A DNA stretch of 64,000 nt from an uncultured Planctomycetota bacterium (GTDB lineage Bacteria; Planctomycetota; Planctomycetia; Isosphaerales; Isosphaeraceae). Position 1 is the stretch's first letter, and every line of letters starts with the position of its first letter. The notes below the pieces were generated by a model that saw nothing but the letters and a program-made list of their open reading frames with translations, was not told the origin of the DNA and searched no databases. A program made the position numbers and the translations under genes. The DNA is taken from the NCBI GenBank assembly GCA_963737655.1, contig CAVTTN010000002.1, positions 864,001-928,000 on the forward strand. Reading direction: 5' to 3'. Shown here piece after piece: positions 9,955 through 22,941 of the stretch.

Positions 9955-11049
9955 ATGAATCGCTTCCCCCGAGTCTTCGTCGCGGCGGCATTGGCCATCG
10001 GGGCCCTGGCGGCCCCTGCGCTGAGCTACGGCCATGATGGCCCTCACGGCGCCGGGGCGGACGCCGTCGCCAAAGCATCCCACGAGATGGCCCACGCCGC
10101 CAACCACCTCTGGGCGGCCCTGACCCCCGAGCAGAAGGCCAAGGCCGGATTCGACTTCAAGGATGAGCAACGGCTCGACTGGCACTTCATCCCCCGGCCG
10201 AGGAAGGGCCTTCCCTGGAAGGAGATGACCGCCCCTCAGCAGGCCCTGGCCCACGGCCTGCTCGCCAGCGGGTTGAGCACTCGCGGGTACATCAAGGCCG
10301 AGACCATCATGAGCCTGGAGGGCATCCTCCAGGAGATGGAGAAGGGCAGCGGCCCGGTCCGCGACTCCGAACTCTACTATTTCAGCATCTTCGGCACGCC
10401 GGGGGCCGACGACGGCAAGGCCCCCTGGGGCTGGCGGGTCGAGGGGCACCACCTCTCGCTGAACTTCACGATCGCCGGGGACAAGGGGGCCGTGGGCGGG
10501 CCGACCTTCATGGGCACCAACCCCGCCGAGGTCCGCCAAGGGCCGAGGAAGGGCCTCCGCGTCCTCGGCGAGGAGGAAGACCTCGCCCGCAAGCTGGTCA
10601 AGTCCCTGAACGAGGACCAGAAGAAGAAGGCCGTCGTCGCGTCCGAGGCCCCCAAGGACATCCTCTCGTTCGTGGTCCGCAAGGCCAAGCCCCTGGAGCC
10701 CGCCGGCATCCTCGCCGCCGAACTATCGGCCGAGCAGAAGGAGCTGCTCACCCAGCTCATCACCGCCTATGCCGAGAGGCTTCGGCCCGAGCTCGCCGCC
10801 CAGGACCTCGCCAAGATCTTCAAGGCCGGCGCGGACAAGGTCGGATTCGCCTGGGCGGGCGGATTCGAGCAGGGCGAGCCCCATTATTATCGGGTCCAGG
10901 GGCCGACGTTCCTCGTCGAATACGACAACACGCAGAACAACGCCAATCACGTCCACAGCGTCTGGCGCGACTTCGACGGCGACTTCGGCGACGACCTCCT
11001 CCGCAAGCATTACGAGGAGTCGCCCCACCACCAGGCCGAGAAGAAGTAG
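9955..11049 (+). CDS. DUF3500 domain secreted protein
   Basis: WHFIP.PRKG, YYFSIFGTP, WGWRVEGHHLSLNFT, YYRVQGPTFLVEYDNTQNNANHVHSVWRD. Confidence 0.85.
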   Translation: MNRFPRVFVAAALAIGALAAPALSYGHDGPHGAGADAVAKASHEMAHAANHLWAALTPEQKAKAGFDFKDEQRLDWHFIPRPRKGLPWKEMTAPQQALAHGLLASGLSTRGYIKAETIMSLEGILQEMEKGSGPVRDSELYYFSIFGTPGADDGKAPWGWRVEGHHLSLNFTIAGDKGAVGGPTFMGTNPAEVRQGPRKGLRVLGEEEDLARKLVKSLNEDQKKKAVVASEAPKDILSFVVRKAKPLEPAGILAAELSAEQKELLTQLITAYAERLRPELAAQDLAKIFKAGADKVGFAWAGGFEQGEPHYYRVQGPTFLVEYDNTQNNANHVHSVWRDFDGDFGDDLLRKHYEESPHHQAEKK

Positions 11050-11083
11050 GGCCGAGACCGACCTCGGCCCATCCTGGTCGATC

Positions 11084-11171
11084 TGCCCACGTCCTCGTGG
11101 GCATGGGCGGATCAGCGAAGAGAAAATCTACGACGTGAAGACATGCCCACGAGGACGTGGGCATGCCACCC
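11084..11171. repeat. REP-like doublet family D
   Basis: Inverted pair tgcccacgtcctcgtgggcatg / catgcccacgaggacgtgggca, each arm itself a hairpin; GGTG foot on the minus strand. Confidence 0.8.
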
Positions 11172-11234
11172 GATCGGTCTGCTCTCCCAGGAACCCCGGC
11201 GGACCGGAATTCTTGAGAGAGCACGGCCGGTCCG

Positions 11235-13841
<2,607 letters not shown>

Positions 13842-14203
13842 GACTCGGGATGCCTCTCGCGAAGGGGGGCCCTTGGCCCCGTGCCGGGGCCGGGGAGGGT
13901 GAAGCTGGCCAGATTGTGGCGACAATGATGGCGGACTGCGGGGAATGGGGCAGTCGAATAGCAAATCAAGTGCCCTCTTGAAGACAAAAACGAAAATGAA
14001 CCCGACGACTCTGGCACGAGTCCCTGCGCATCGCCGGAGTCCGTGCTCGGGGCGTCGGCCGTCGGCGACCGGACGCATCCCTGTGGGAATGTTTCTTCCC
14101 AGCCACGCGGCCACGACGGGCGACGAGGTGTTCTCCCCGGCCGGATCTTGATAGCCTGGGTGGCCGTCGATTCCGAAGCCCAGACCCCAAAAGGATGCGA
14201 TCC

Positions 14204-15664
14204 GTGGCCGATCCCCAGACCCCCGATTGGGTCCGCGACGCGATCTTCTACCAGATCTTCCCCGACCGTTTCGCCCGGAGCCTGAGCGTCCCCAAGCCCT
14301 CGGGGATCGACGCCTGGGGCGACCCGCCCACGCCCCACGGCTACCAGGGCGGAGACCTCGTCGGGGTGGCCGAGAAGCTCGACTACCTCGCCGACCTCGG
14401 CGTGACGGCGATCTACTTCACGCCGATCTTCCAGAGCGCCTCCAATCACCGCTATCACACCCACGATTACTTGCGGGTCGATCCCATGCTCGGTGGGGAC
14501 GCCGCGCTCCGACGCCTCCTGGACGACGCCCATGGTCGCGGCATGAAGGTCGTCCTGGACGGCGTGTTCAACCACGCGAGCCGGGGGTTCTTCCAGTTCC
14601 ACGACATCCTGGAGAACGGGTCGAACTCCGCCTATCTCGACTGGTTCTCGGTCAAGGACTTCCCCCTCTACGCCTACGACCCCGACCGGCCGCCGAACTA
14701 CGGGGCGTGGTGGGGCTTGCCGGCCCTGCCGAAGTTCAACGTGAAGACCCCGGCCGTCCGCGAGTTCCTCTGGGGCGTGGCGCGGTCGTGGATCGACTTC
14801 GGGATCGACGGCTGGCGGCTGGACGTGGCCAACGAGATCGACGACGACGATTTCTGGAGAGAATTCCGCCGGAGGGTCCGCGAGGGGAACCCCGAGGCGT
14901 ACATCGTCGGCGAGGTCTGGACCGACTCCCGCCACTGGCTCCGCGGCGACATGTGGGACGCCGTGATGAACTACCTGTTCACCCGAGCCTGCATCGCCTT
15001 CTTCATCGGCGACGAAGTGGACGAAAAGGAGCTCAGGCGAACCTGCCTGCATCCGCCCGGACCCCCGGGGGCCGAGAATTTCTCGACCGCGATCGAGGGT
15101 CTGCTGGACCTCTACCACCCGAACGTCTCGGCGGTGATGCTGAACCTGCTGGACAGCCACGACATGGCCCGGTTCCTGACCCTCGCCCGGGGTGACCGCT
15201 CGGCGCTGAGCCTGGCCTCGACGTTCCAGATGACCTATCCCGGTGCACCCTCCATTTATTACGGCGACGAGATCGGCCTGCCCGGCGGCCACGACCCGTT
15301 CAACCGCGCGGCGTTCCCGTGGGAGGCCACGACCTGGGACATGGACCTCCTCCACGAGTTCCAGAGGCTGATCGCCTTGAGGAAGGCCCGGCCGTCGCTC
15401 CGAAGGGGGACGTATTCCACGCTCCTGGCCGCCGACGGCGTTCACGTCCATCTTCGGCAACTTGGTGAGGAATCGGTCGTCGTGGCGCTGAACGCCTCGC
15501 GATCGACCCGGAGGGTCAACGTGCCGACCTCGGGCCGGATCGCTTCCGGGACGACCCTGGAGGACGTCTGGAACCGGGGGACGGTCCGGGTCGAGGACGG
15601 CGCGATCCGGGAGCTGGAGCTGGCCCCGAGATCGAGCCGGATCGTCGCGACCCCGGCCCGGTGA
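14204..15664 (+). CDS. GH13 glycoside hydrolase (neopullulanase/cyclomaltodextrinase-like)
   Basis: FYQIFPDRF, GGDL.G, LDGVFNH, GWRLDVA (nucleophile), VGEVW (acid/base), LLDSHD, IYYGDE. Confidence 0.92.
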   Translation: MADPQTPDWVRDAIFYQIFPDRFARSLSVPKPSGIDAWGDPPTPHGYQGGDLVGVAEKLDYLADLGVTAIYFTPIFQSASNHRYHTHDYLRVDPMLGGDAALRRLLDDAHGRGMKVVLDGVFNHASRGFFQFHDILENGSNSAYLDWFSVKDFPLYAYDPDRPPNYGAWWGLPALPKFNVKTPAVREFLWGVARSWIDFGIDGWRLDVANEIDDDDFWREFRRRVREGNPEAYIVGEVWTDSRHWLRGDMWDAVMNYLFTRACIAFFIGDEVDEKELRRTCLHPPGPPGAENFSTAIEGLLDLYHPNVSAVMLNLLDSHDMARFLTLARGDRSALSLASTFQMTYPGAPSIYYGDEIGLPGGHDPFNRAAFPWEATTWDMDLLHEFQRLIALRKARPSLRRGTYSTLLAADGVHVHLRQLGEESVVVALNASRSTRRVNVPTSGRIASGTTLEDVWNRGTVRVEDGAIRELELAPRSSRIVATPAR

Positions 15665-16524
15665 GCCCGGCCATGCCCGATGACTTCGCCGCGCCCCCTC
15701 CGTGGAAGCTGCCCGAGGGGGTCAACGCCCCGTTATGGCACTACTCACGGTCGCAACGCCTGGCCGAGGAGGAGGATGCGTATTTCCGCGACCATCCGTT
15801 ATTCGAGGCCGACGCCCGAATCCTGAGCGAACGACTGAATCCTCCCGGCCCGTTGATCGACCTCGGGTGCGGCGCGGGTCGGCTCTCGATCCTGTTCGCT
15901 CGCAAGGGGTTCGAGGTCACGGCCGTGGACCTCTCCCGCCCCATGCTGGCGAAGGTGGCCGAAAAGGCGGGGGCCGAGGGGCTGTCGGTGGGGACGGTCC
16001 GCGCGAATCTCTGCCGGCTGGACGCCTTTCCGGCCGGTCACTTCGCGTTTGCGCTGATGATGTTCAGCACTCTGGGGATGATCCGGGGACGGCCGGCGAG
16101 GCGGAAGGCCCTGGCCGGGGCGGCCCGCCTGCTGCGGCCCGACGGCCTCCTGGCGCTTCACGCTCACAACCTCTGGTTGAACCTCCACGACCCCCAGGGA
16201 CGGCGGTGGTTGGTCGGCCAGGCCGTGGGCGCGATCCTGGGCCGATCCGGGGCCGGCGACCGGCGGATGACCTATCGGGGCATCCCCGGGATGGAAGTCC
16301 ACCTCTACCGGATGCCCGAGCTACGACAGGACTTGCGCTCGGCCGGACTGGTCCTCCAGGAGGCGATCCCCCTCGACGCCGTGACGGCCCGGACCCTCCC
16401 TCATCCGGGACTCTGGCCCTCGATCCGGGCCGGAGGCTGGATCGTTTTCGCCCGGAAGTTCGGGGCGGTGAACGACGAAGGTGCCCGGGGCAGTCTCCTG
16501 CCTCGGGCCCCTCGAACTATTTAA
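15661..16524 (+). CDS. Class I SAM-dependent methyltransferase
   Basis: LIDLGCGAGR, VTAVDLS motifs; GTG start overlaps the GH13 stop. Confidence 0.85.
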   Translation: MSPAMPDDFAAPPPWKLPEGVNAPLWHYSRSQRLAEEEDAYFRDHPLFEADARILSERLNPPGPLIDLGCGAGRLSILFARKGFEVTAVDLSRPMLAKVAEKAGAEGLSVGTVRANLCRLDAFPAGHFAFALMMFSTLGMIRGRPARRKALAGAARLLRPDGLLALHAHNLWLNLHDPQGRRWLVGQAVGAILGRSGAGDRRMTYRGIPGMEVHLYRMPELRQDLRSAGLVLQEAIPLDAVTARTLPHPGLWPSIRAGGWIVFARKFGAVNDEGARGSLLPRAPRTI

Positions 16525-16781
16525 TTTTAATGACGATCCGCCCCTGAGCACCACACCTAATACGTGCCGGGCCGGGACGTCTTCGTCCTGTGAGGTCAAG
16601 CTCATCCTCACCCCACGCCCCATATACTGGTCCCCTTCGTCGCGTTCCCAAACTTTCGATTTTTTTTCGCGACATGAGCCGGCCGGCGCGGGATACTCGT
16701 CCGTTGAAGAGCCTGTCAGGGGCCTCCTCCAGGATGGACCGGCCCGGAGACGCGGTCGTCCGAGCGCCGAGAGGTCCGCCG

Positions 16782-17633
16782 ATGAACGGGGAAACCTTCG
16801 AGAACCTGAGCGACATCCAGACCTCCTGGACCGACCTGCGTCTGGCCCACCGGAACGGCCCGGCGGAATCGCCCGAGGAAGTTCGTCAGGCGCAGTCGAG
16901 GCTGCTGAAGCGGTATCAGGGGGCGATCGTCCGCTACGTCCGCGCCGCGGTCGGGGACGAGGAGGAAGCCGAGGAGCTCTTCCAGAACTTCTCGCTGAGG
17001 TTCCTCAAGGGAGACTTCCGCCGGGCCGACCCCGGGCGAGGGCGGTTCCGCGACTACCTCAAGACGGCCCTGTTCCACCTCGTCAGCGACCACGCGAGAC
17101 AGGCCCGGAAGCGCCCGGGACCCTTGCCCTCGGGCTTCGTCGAGCCGTGGAACGACGATTCGCCCACGGACGAGGAGCACCGCCGGTTCGCCGAGCTCTG
17201 GAGGGCCGAATTGCTCGCCCGAGCCTGGGCCGCCCTGGACGACCTGGAACGACGGACCGGCGAACCCCTCGCCTCGCTCCTCCGTTACCGGATCAAGCAT
17301 CCCAAGAGCCGCTCCAGCGAGATGGCCGAGATGTTCTCGGCCCGATTCGGCCGCGAGCTGAAGGCCGAGACGATCCGAAAGACCCTCTATCGGGCCCGCG
17401 GGATCTTCCGCGAACGAATCGTCCGCGAGGTCGCCGAAACCCTCGACTCGCCGAGCCTTTCGGCCGTCGAGGAGGAGCTGATCGACCTGGGCCTCCACGA
17501 ATATCTCCGCTCCGACCTGGATCGGATGAAGGGCCATCGCCCCGACTCCAGGCCGTCGGTCAAATCTGGTAATCGAGACCGCCCGCCGGACCCGTCGCCC
17601 CTCGATAGCGCAGCTTCGGATCCTCGATCGTGA
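16782..17633 (+). CDS. ECF-type sigma-70 factor-like protein
   Basis: QTSW N-terminus, [12 protein letters not shown]...[19 protein letters not shown]-terminal HTH-like region ending RKTLYRAR. Confidence 0.75.
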   Translation: MNGETFENLSDIQTSWTDLRLAHRNGPAESPEEVRQAQSRLLKRYQGAIVRYVRAAVGDEEEAEELFQNFSLRFLKGDFRRADPGRGRFRDYLKTALFHLVSDHARQARKRPGPLPSGFVEPWNDDSPTDEEHRRFAELWRAELLARAWAALDDLERRTGEPLASLLRYRIKHPKSRSSEMAEMFSARFGRELKAETIRKTLYRARGIFRERIVREVAETLDSPSLSAVEEELIDLGLHEYLRSDLDRMKGHRPDSRPSVKSGNRDRPPDPSPLDSAASDPRS

Positions 17634-18507
17634 CCGTCGTGTAAGGTTCCACGCTCCGGGTAATCCACGCCGACGACCCGATCACGCTATGGTGGCCGAT
17701 CGTCGTCCGCCCGCCGAGGATCGTCGCATTGGCGTAGAGGACCACGTGGTCCTCGATCGTCGGGTGCCGCTTCTGGTCGCGGAGGATCTCGCCGGTCAGC
17801 TCGTCCCGGGGGAAGCTCAGGGCGCCCAGGGTCACGCCCTGGTAGATCTTGACGTCCTCGCCAATCGTCGTCGTCTCGCCGATCACCACGCCGGTGCCGT
17901 GGTCGATGAACAGCCTCCGGCCGATCGAGGCGCCGGGGTGGATGTCGATCCCGGTCTTGCCGTGCGCGTATTCGGTCATCATCCGGGGGATCAGCGGCAC
18001 GCCCATCTCCCAGAGCTCGTGGGCCACCCGAAACACGGTGATGGCCGCCAGGCCGGGATAGCAGAAGAGGATCTCGTCGAGGTTCTTCGCCGCGGGGTCG
18101 CCATCGTAAGCGGCCCTGGCGTCGTCGGCCAGCATCAACCGGAGCCGCGGCAACGCCTCCAGCAACTGGACGGCCCGGAGCTGCGCCTCGGCCTCGAAAT
18201 CCCTCTCCAGGTCTCGGGCGTCGCACCGATGCCGAAGGGCCCGGGCGATCTGCTGGGTCAGGCGGTCGTGGAGGCTATCGACGAGGTCGCCGACGTGATA
18301 CCCCACGTTCCCCATGTGCAGGTTCTGCCGCCGTCCGTAGCCGGGATAGAGGATCTCGCGGACGTCCTTCAGGATGTCCACGACCTCCGAATAGCTCGGC
18401 AACGGGGAATGGCCGAGGTGGTTGATGCCTCCGCATTCCTCGTAGGTCGCCACGATCCGGTCGGTCAGCGCCGGCAGGGCCTCCTTGAGTCGAACGTCGG
18501 TGGCCAT
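17560..18507 (-). CDS. cysE: Serine O-acetyltransferase (CysE/EpsC type)
   Basis: [18 protein letters not shown]...[25 protein letters not shown] hexapeptide region. Confidence 0.92.
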   Translation of the reverse strand: MATDVRLKEALPALTDRIVATYEECGGINHLGHSPLPSYSEVVDILKDVREILYPGYGRRQNLHMGNVGYHVGDLVDSLHDRLTQQIARALRHRCDARDLERDFEAEAQLRAVQLLEALPRLRLMLADDARAAYDGDPAAKNLDEILFCYPGLAAITVFRVAHELWEMGVPLIPRMMTEYAHGKTGIDIHPGASIGRRLFIDHGTGVVIGETTTIGEDVKIYQGVTLGALSFPRDELTGEILRDQKRHPTIEDHVVLYANATILGGRTTIGHHSVIGSSAWITRSVEPYTTVTIEDPKLRYRGATGPAGGLDYQI

Positions 18508-18881
18508 CCCCATTCCCCTCGCCCAGAGCTCCGCCGGACCGTCTCGTCAAGACGGGGCGATTGTAGGGGCCTCACCGAATGCGGTCAAATCGCCGAGGCC
18601 GCCGCAAGGTATCGGCCGCGACGGTCTCGCGGGTTGAATCGGGACGGACGGGGATGGCGATTGGGCGGCCTTGTCCTGCTTGTCTTAAATATTCTTACGT
18701 GTAAATCATAAAGAGTCCGGACCCGGTCCGCGACCCGGCCCGGATTTTGCGGATTTTCGCGGGGGAGTTGGCCTTGCCACGGCCGATCACTCTTCTAGAA
18801 TCCCACGATCCCCTCGGGCCTTTCGGGCTTTCGCCCCGGCCCTCGCCTCCTTCACTTCCGACCGAAGGGTCAAGCAGAACG

Positions 18882-20322
18882 ATGGGCGACGCATCTCCGT
18901 CCTCCAGCCCCCTCGTCGTCATCCCGGGCCCGGAAGCCACGGATGCCGACGAGCCTCCCAGTCCCCGCGACGGCCGCCCCTCCTCCCCCCGTCACCCGAT
19001 CTGGGCCGACGTCCCCGACTCCGACTGGGACGACTGGCGATGGCAGTCCCAGAACGCCATCCGCAGCCCCCGGCAGCTCGCCGCGCTCCTCCCATTCTCG
19101 GTCGAGGAGCGGCGGGCCCTGGAGAGCCTGTCGGCCCAGTACAAGACGGCGATCCCGCCCTACTACTTCTCCCTGATCGACCCGCTCGAGCCCGCCGACC
19201 CGATCCGCCTCCAGTCCGTCCCCTCGATCCACGAGCTGGAAGGGCACGGCGAGGTCTCCGAAGACGACCCGCTCGACGAGGACAAGGACTCGCCCGTCCC
19301 CGGCCTGACCCACCGCTACCCCGACCGCGCCCTGCTCGTCACCACCCACGTCTGCACCATGTATTGCCGCTTCTGCACCCGGAAGCGCGCCACGATGAAG
19401 CGGGGCGGCTGGGACGCCGTCTCGCGAGACGATGAGCGCATGATCGAATACGTCCGCGATCACCCCGAGATCCGCGACGTGATCGTCTCCGGTGGCGACC
19501 CCCTGACGCTCCCGCTCGAGAAGCTCGAATTCTTCCTCAAGAGCCTCTCGGCGATCGACCACGTGGACGTGATCCGCGTCGGGACACGAGTGCCGGTGAC
19601 CCTGCCCCAGAGGCTCGACGACGACGACCTGATCGACGTCCTCTCGGCCGGCGACAAGGTCTGGGTCCAGACCCACTTCAACCACGCCCGGGAGGTCACG
19701 CCCGAGGCCGCCCGGGCGCGAAGCGGCTCCGCGCCGCCGGCCTGCCGATGAACAATCACGCCGTCCTGATGAAGGGCGTGAACGACTCGCTCGCCGACCA
19801 GCGAGACCTCTGCCGGGCCCTGCTGCGGATCAAGGTCCGGCCGTATTACCTCTTCCACTGCGACCCCGTGACCGGCGCCGGCCACTTCCGCACCAGCGTG
19901 TGGAAGGGGATGGAGATCATCGAGGGCCTGCGCGGGCACATGTCCGGCCTCGGCATCCCCACCTATGTGGTGGACGCCCCGAGAGGCGGCGGCAAGATCC
20001 CGATCATGCCCAGCTACCTGGTCTCGGCGGCCGAGGACGCGGTGGTCTTGCGCAATTATGAAGGAATGCTGGTCCGCTACAACCCGACCGGCGCCCCGCC
20101 GAGGAACGCCCTCCGGTGGCGACCCAGGGCGTCAGCGCCCTCCTCGAAGGCCAGGCCGAGGCGCTCGTCCCGGCCGACAACCCGAGGATGGCCCGCCGCA
20201 AGCCCGTCCCGCCCCTGGTCGAGGCGAAGAACGGCCGAAACGGCCACGCCAACGGGAACGGGAACGGCCACTCCAACGGCAACGGCAACGGCAACGGATA
20301 CTCGAACGGCCACGGACATTGA
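18882..20322 (+). CDS. kamA: KamA-family radical SAM/PLP 2,3-aminomutase; apparent frameshifts near 19720 and 20105
   Basis: WDDWRWQ, THRYPDR, CTMYCRFC, SGGDPL, THFNH, PYYLFHCD, YVVDAPRGGGKIP across three frames. Confidence 0.88.
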
Positions 20323-20335
20323 GGCCCGCCCTGTC

Positions 20336-21364
20336 GTGAAGATCGGCATCGCCTTCAGCGTGAAACCGGACGCCGGGGCCGACGACGGCCCCGACGACCT
20401 CTTCGAGGAATTCGACCGGCCCGAGACCGTCGAGGCCATCGCCTCGGCGATCCGCGGCCTCGGGTTCGACGTGGACCTGCTCGGGGATGGCCGCGAATTC
20501 CTCGAACGCGTCCTGAGCGACCCGCCCGATTTCGTCTTCAATATCGCCGAGGGGCAGGGGGTCGGGCGATCGCGAGAGGCCAGGGTCCCCGCCGTCTGCG
20601 AGATGCTCGGAATCCCCTGTTCCGGCTCCGACCCGCTCACCCTGGCCGCGGCGCTCGACAAGGAGACCGCCCGGCTGATCGCCTCGGGCCGCGGCGTGAT
20701 CTGCCCCCGGGGGGTCTCGCTACCGATCGATACGTCTTCGGACATTTTGGAAAACCATGTCAACAAGTTGCTCGAGAATTCGCAAACCTTGATCCTCAAG
20801 CCCTCGCTGGAAGGGTCGAGCAAGGGGATTCGCGGCGACTGCCTGGCCCGTTCCCGCGCCGAGGCCGCCGAGTTGTTCCATCGCCTCGCCCGCGACTACC
20901 GGCAACCCATCCTCATCGAGGAATTCATCGACGGCGAGGAAGTGACCGTCGGCGTGGTGGGCAACGGCGAGCGCGTCGAGGTTCTCGGCACGATGCGAAT
21001 CCTCCCCAGGGACGCGGACGGCCCGTTCGTCTACTCGCTCGAAGTGAAGCGGGACTGGCTGCGACGAGTCCTGTACGAGGCCCCGGCGCGGCTTCCGGCA
21101 TCGGTCCTCGAACGCCTCGAAACGGCGGCCCGGCTCGCCTATTCGGCGATGGGCTGTCGCGACCTGGCGAGGATCGATTTCCGGCTGAAGGACGGCGTCC
21201 CGTTCTTCCTCGAAATCAACCCGCTGCCCGGCCTCGCGCCGGTCACCAGCGACCTGGTGATCCTCGCCGAAGGCTACGGGATCGGCCATCCCGAGCTGAT
21301 CGGCCGGGTCCTCTCGGCGGCCCTGGAGCGCGAGGGGCTGACCGAGGGGGCGAGGCGATCGTGA
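20336..21364 (+). CDS. D-Ala-D-Ala ligase-like ATP-grasp protein 1
   Basis: VFNIAEG, GSD.LTLA.ALDK, KPSLEGSSKGI, EEFIDG.E, ARIDFR, LEINPLPGL. Confidence 0.85.
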   Translation: MKIGIAFSVKPDAGADDGPDDLFEEFDRPETVEAIASAIRGLGFDVDLLGDGREFLERVLSDPPDFVFNIAEGQGVGRSREARVPAVCEMLGIPCSGSDPLTLAAALDKETARLIASGRGVICPRGVSLPIDTSSDILENHVNKLLENSQTLILKPSLEGSSKGIRGDCLARSRAEAAELFHRLARDYRQPILIEEFIDGEEVTVGVVGNGERVEVLGTMRILPRDADGPFVYSLEVKRDWLRRVLYEAPARLPASVLERLETAARLAYSAMGCRDLARIDFRLKDGVPFFLEINPLPGLAPVTSDLVILAEGYGIGHPELIGRVLSAALEREGLTEGARRS

Positions 21365-22377
21365 GCCGCCGCCGACCCAGGGCCGCGGTCCTCTTCAACG
21401 CGCCGACCCTCCCTCGCGATCACCCCGAATTCGCCTCCGAAAGCGGGGTCGTCGCGGCGGCTCGGGCCGTGATCTCCGCCCTGAAATCGCGGGGCTTCAA
21501 GGCGTTCCCGGTCGCCGCCCGACCGCCGGTCGCCAGGCTGGTCCGCAGCCTCGCGAAACGCGGGCCGGACGTCGTGTTCAACCTCATCGAGGGATTCGGC
21601 GGCCTGAGCGGGGGCGAAGCACGGATCACGTCCTTACTCGAACTCATGAATCTGCCTTACACCGGCTGCCCGCCCGAGGCCCAGGCGCTCGGGCGATCGA
21701 AGTCGAGCACGAAAGCCCTCCTGATCGGCTCGGGCCTGCCGACCGCCCCGTTCTGGAGCGTCGCTCCGGGCGATCGTCTGCCGCTCGCCCCCTGGCCCGG
21801 CACGGTGATCGTCAAGCCGGAGTCCGAAGACGCCAGCCTCGGCATCGACCAGGAGAGCGTCGTCGATTCGCCCGAGAAGCTGGAGGCGCAGGTCGAGCGT
21901 CTTCGAGTCGCCCACGGCCCGAGAGTCCTGATCGAGTCGTACTTGCCCGGCCCCGAGTACAACGTCGGCGTCCTGGCCATGCCCCAGCCCGAAGCCTTGC
22001 CACCGGCCGAAGTCGCCTACCAGCCCCGCGAAGGCTGGTGGCCGATCCTCTCGTACGAGGCGAAATGGCACATCGGATCGGAGGCCGACCTCGTGAGCCC
22101 GGTCGTCTGCCCGGCCGCGATCGACGCGAGTCTTGCCGCTCGGCTAGGGTCGCTCGCGCGATCGGCCTTCCTCGCGTGCTCCTGTCGCGATTATGCTCGG
22201 GTGGATTTCCGCCTGGACGCGAAGGGCGATCCCATGATCCTCGAACTCAACCCGAACCCCGACCTCGACCCGTCCGCCGGCCTCGCCCGGGCGATCGCCG
22301 CCAGCGGCCGGGACTGGGGCGACGTGATCGCCGGGCTCGCCCTCCAGGCGATCGAGCGAGGCCCCCGCCGTGACTGA
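21361..22377 (+). CDS. D-Ala-D-Ala ligase-like ATP-grasp protein 2
   Basis: VFNLIEG, PYTG, KPESEDASLGI, ESYLPGPEYNV, ARVDFR, LELNPNPD; GTGA overlap with the upstream gene. Confidence 0.85.
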   Translation: MSRRRPRAAVLFNAPTLPRDHPEFASESGVVAAARAVISALKSRGFKAFPVAARPPVARLVRSLAKRGPDVVFNLIEGFGGLSGGEARITSLLELMNLPYTGCPPEAQALGRSKSSTKALLIGSGLPTAPFWSVAPGDRLPLAPWPGTVIVKPESEDASLGIDQESVVDSPEKLEAQVERLRVAHGPRVLIESYLPGPEYNVGVLAMPQPEALPPAEVAYQPREGWWPILSYEAKWHIGSEADLVSPVVCPAAIDASLAARLGSLARSAFLACSCRDYARVDFRLDAKGDPMILELNPNPDLDPSAGLARAIAASGRDWGDVIAGLALQAIERGPRRD

Positions 22378-22852
22378 CCTCGGGCTCCGAGACACGCTCC
22401 AGGCTTCCGACCGCGAGCCGATCGCCCGAATCCTCCGAGAATCGGGGGCCTTTCGCGGCGAGGAGATCGCCGTCGGCCTGGAACTCATCGACGAGACCTT
22501 GAATCCCCGACCCGACACCGATTACTCATGGATTTTGGCCGAACATCAAGGCAAGCTCCTCGGATTCGCCTGCTTCGGGCCCGTGCCGATGACCGTCGGG
22601 ACGTTCGACCTCTACTGGATCGCCGTCGATCGCGATCAAAAAGGGCAGGGGGTCGCCGCCCGGCTCGACGACGCGGTGACCCAGGCCGTCCGGTCGCAAG
22701 GAGGCCGATGGGTGCTGGCCGAGACCTCCTCGACCGACCCGTATACCGCCGCGCACCGCTTCTATCAGAAGCAAGGCTATACGCTCGTCGAACGAATCCC
22801 CGACTTCTACCGAGACGGTGACGACCGCCTCACGTTCGGCAAACGCCTGTAG
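22370..22852 (+). CDS. GNAT family N-acetyltransferase
   Basis: LLGFACFGP, DLYWIAV..DQKGQGVA, ETSS, A.RFY.K.GY. Confidence 0.88.
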   Translation: MTDLGLRDTLQASDREPIARILRESGAFRGEEIAVGLELIDETLNPRPDTDYSWILAEHQGKLLGFACFGPVPMTVGTFDLYWIAVDRDQKGQGVAARLDDAVTQAVRSQGGRWVLAETSSTDPYTAAHRFYQKQGYTLVERIPDFYRDGDDRLTFGKRL

Positions 22853-22870
22853 TGTGCATGAAATGCACCA
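22849..22870 (+). repeat. REP family F copy
   Basis: gtagtgtgcatgaaatgcacca; its GTAG contains the GNAT stop codon. Confidence 0.75.
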
Positions 22871-22941
22871 AACCGGCGGCGGCCGAAGGCCGCCCACAAA
22901 ACCCCGGCCACCCCACGAAACCGGCAAGAAATCAGGCCACC

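Noticed and set aside
14011..14027. Sigma54 promoter-like ctggcacgagtccctgc
   Set aside because: GG-to-GC spacing is 11 rather than the required 10 nt
18882..20322. KamA as EpmB for the nearby EF-P
   Set aside because: No epmA in the window, the EF-P lacks the target Lys, and the gene is coupled to ATP-grasp/GNAT genes
19748..21364. Apparent KamA C-terminus / ATP-grasp fusion ORF
   Set aside because: The linker is non-protein-like; a plausible KamA tail ends at 20322 in another frame and a GTG start follows at 20336, so this is a frameshift artefact
20336..22377. Vancomycin-resistance or cell-wall ddl genes
   Set aside because: No vanH/vanX/vanRS or mur context, and the canonical N-terminal Ddl motif is absent
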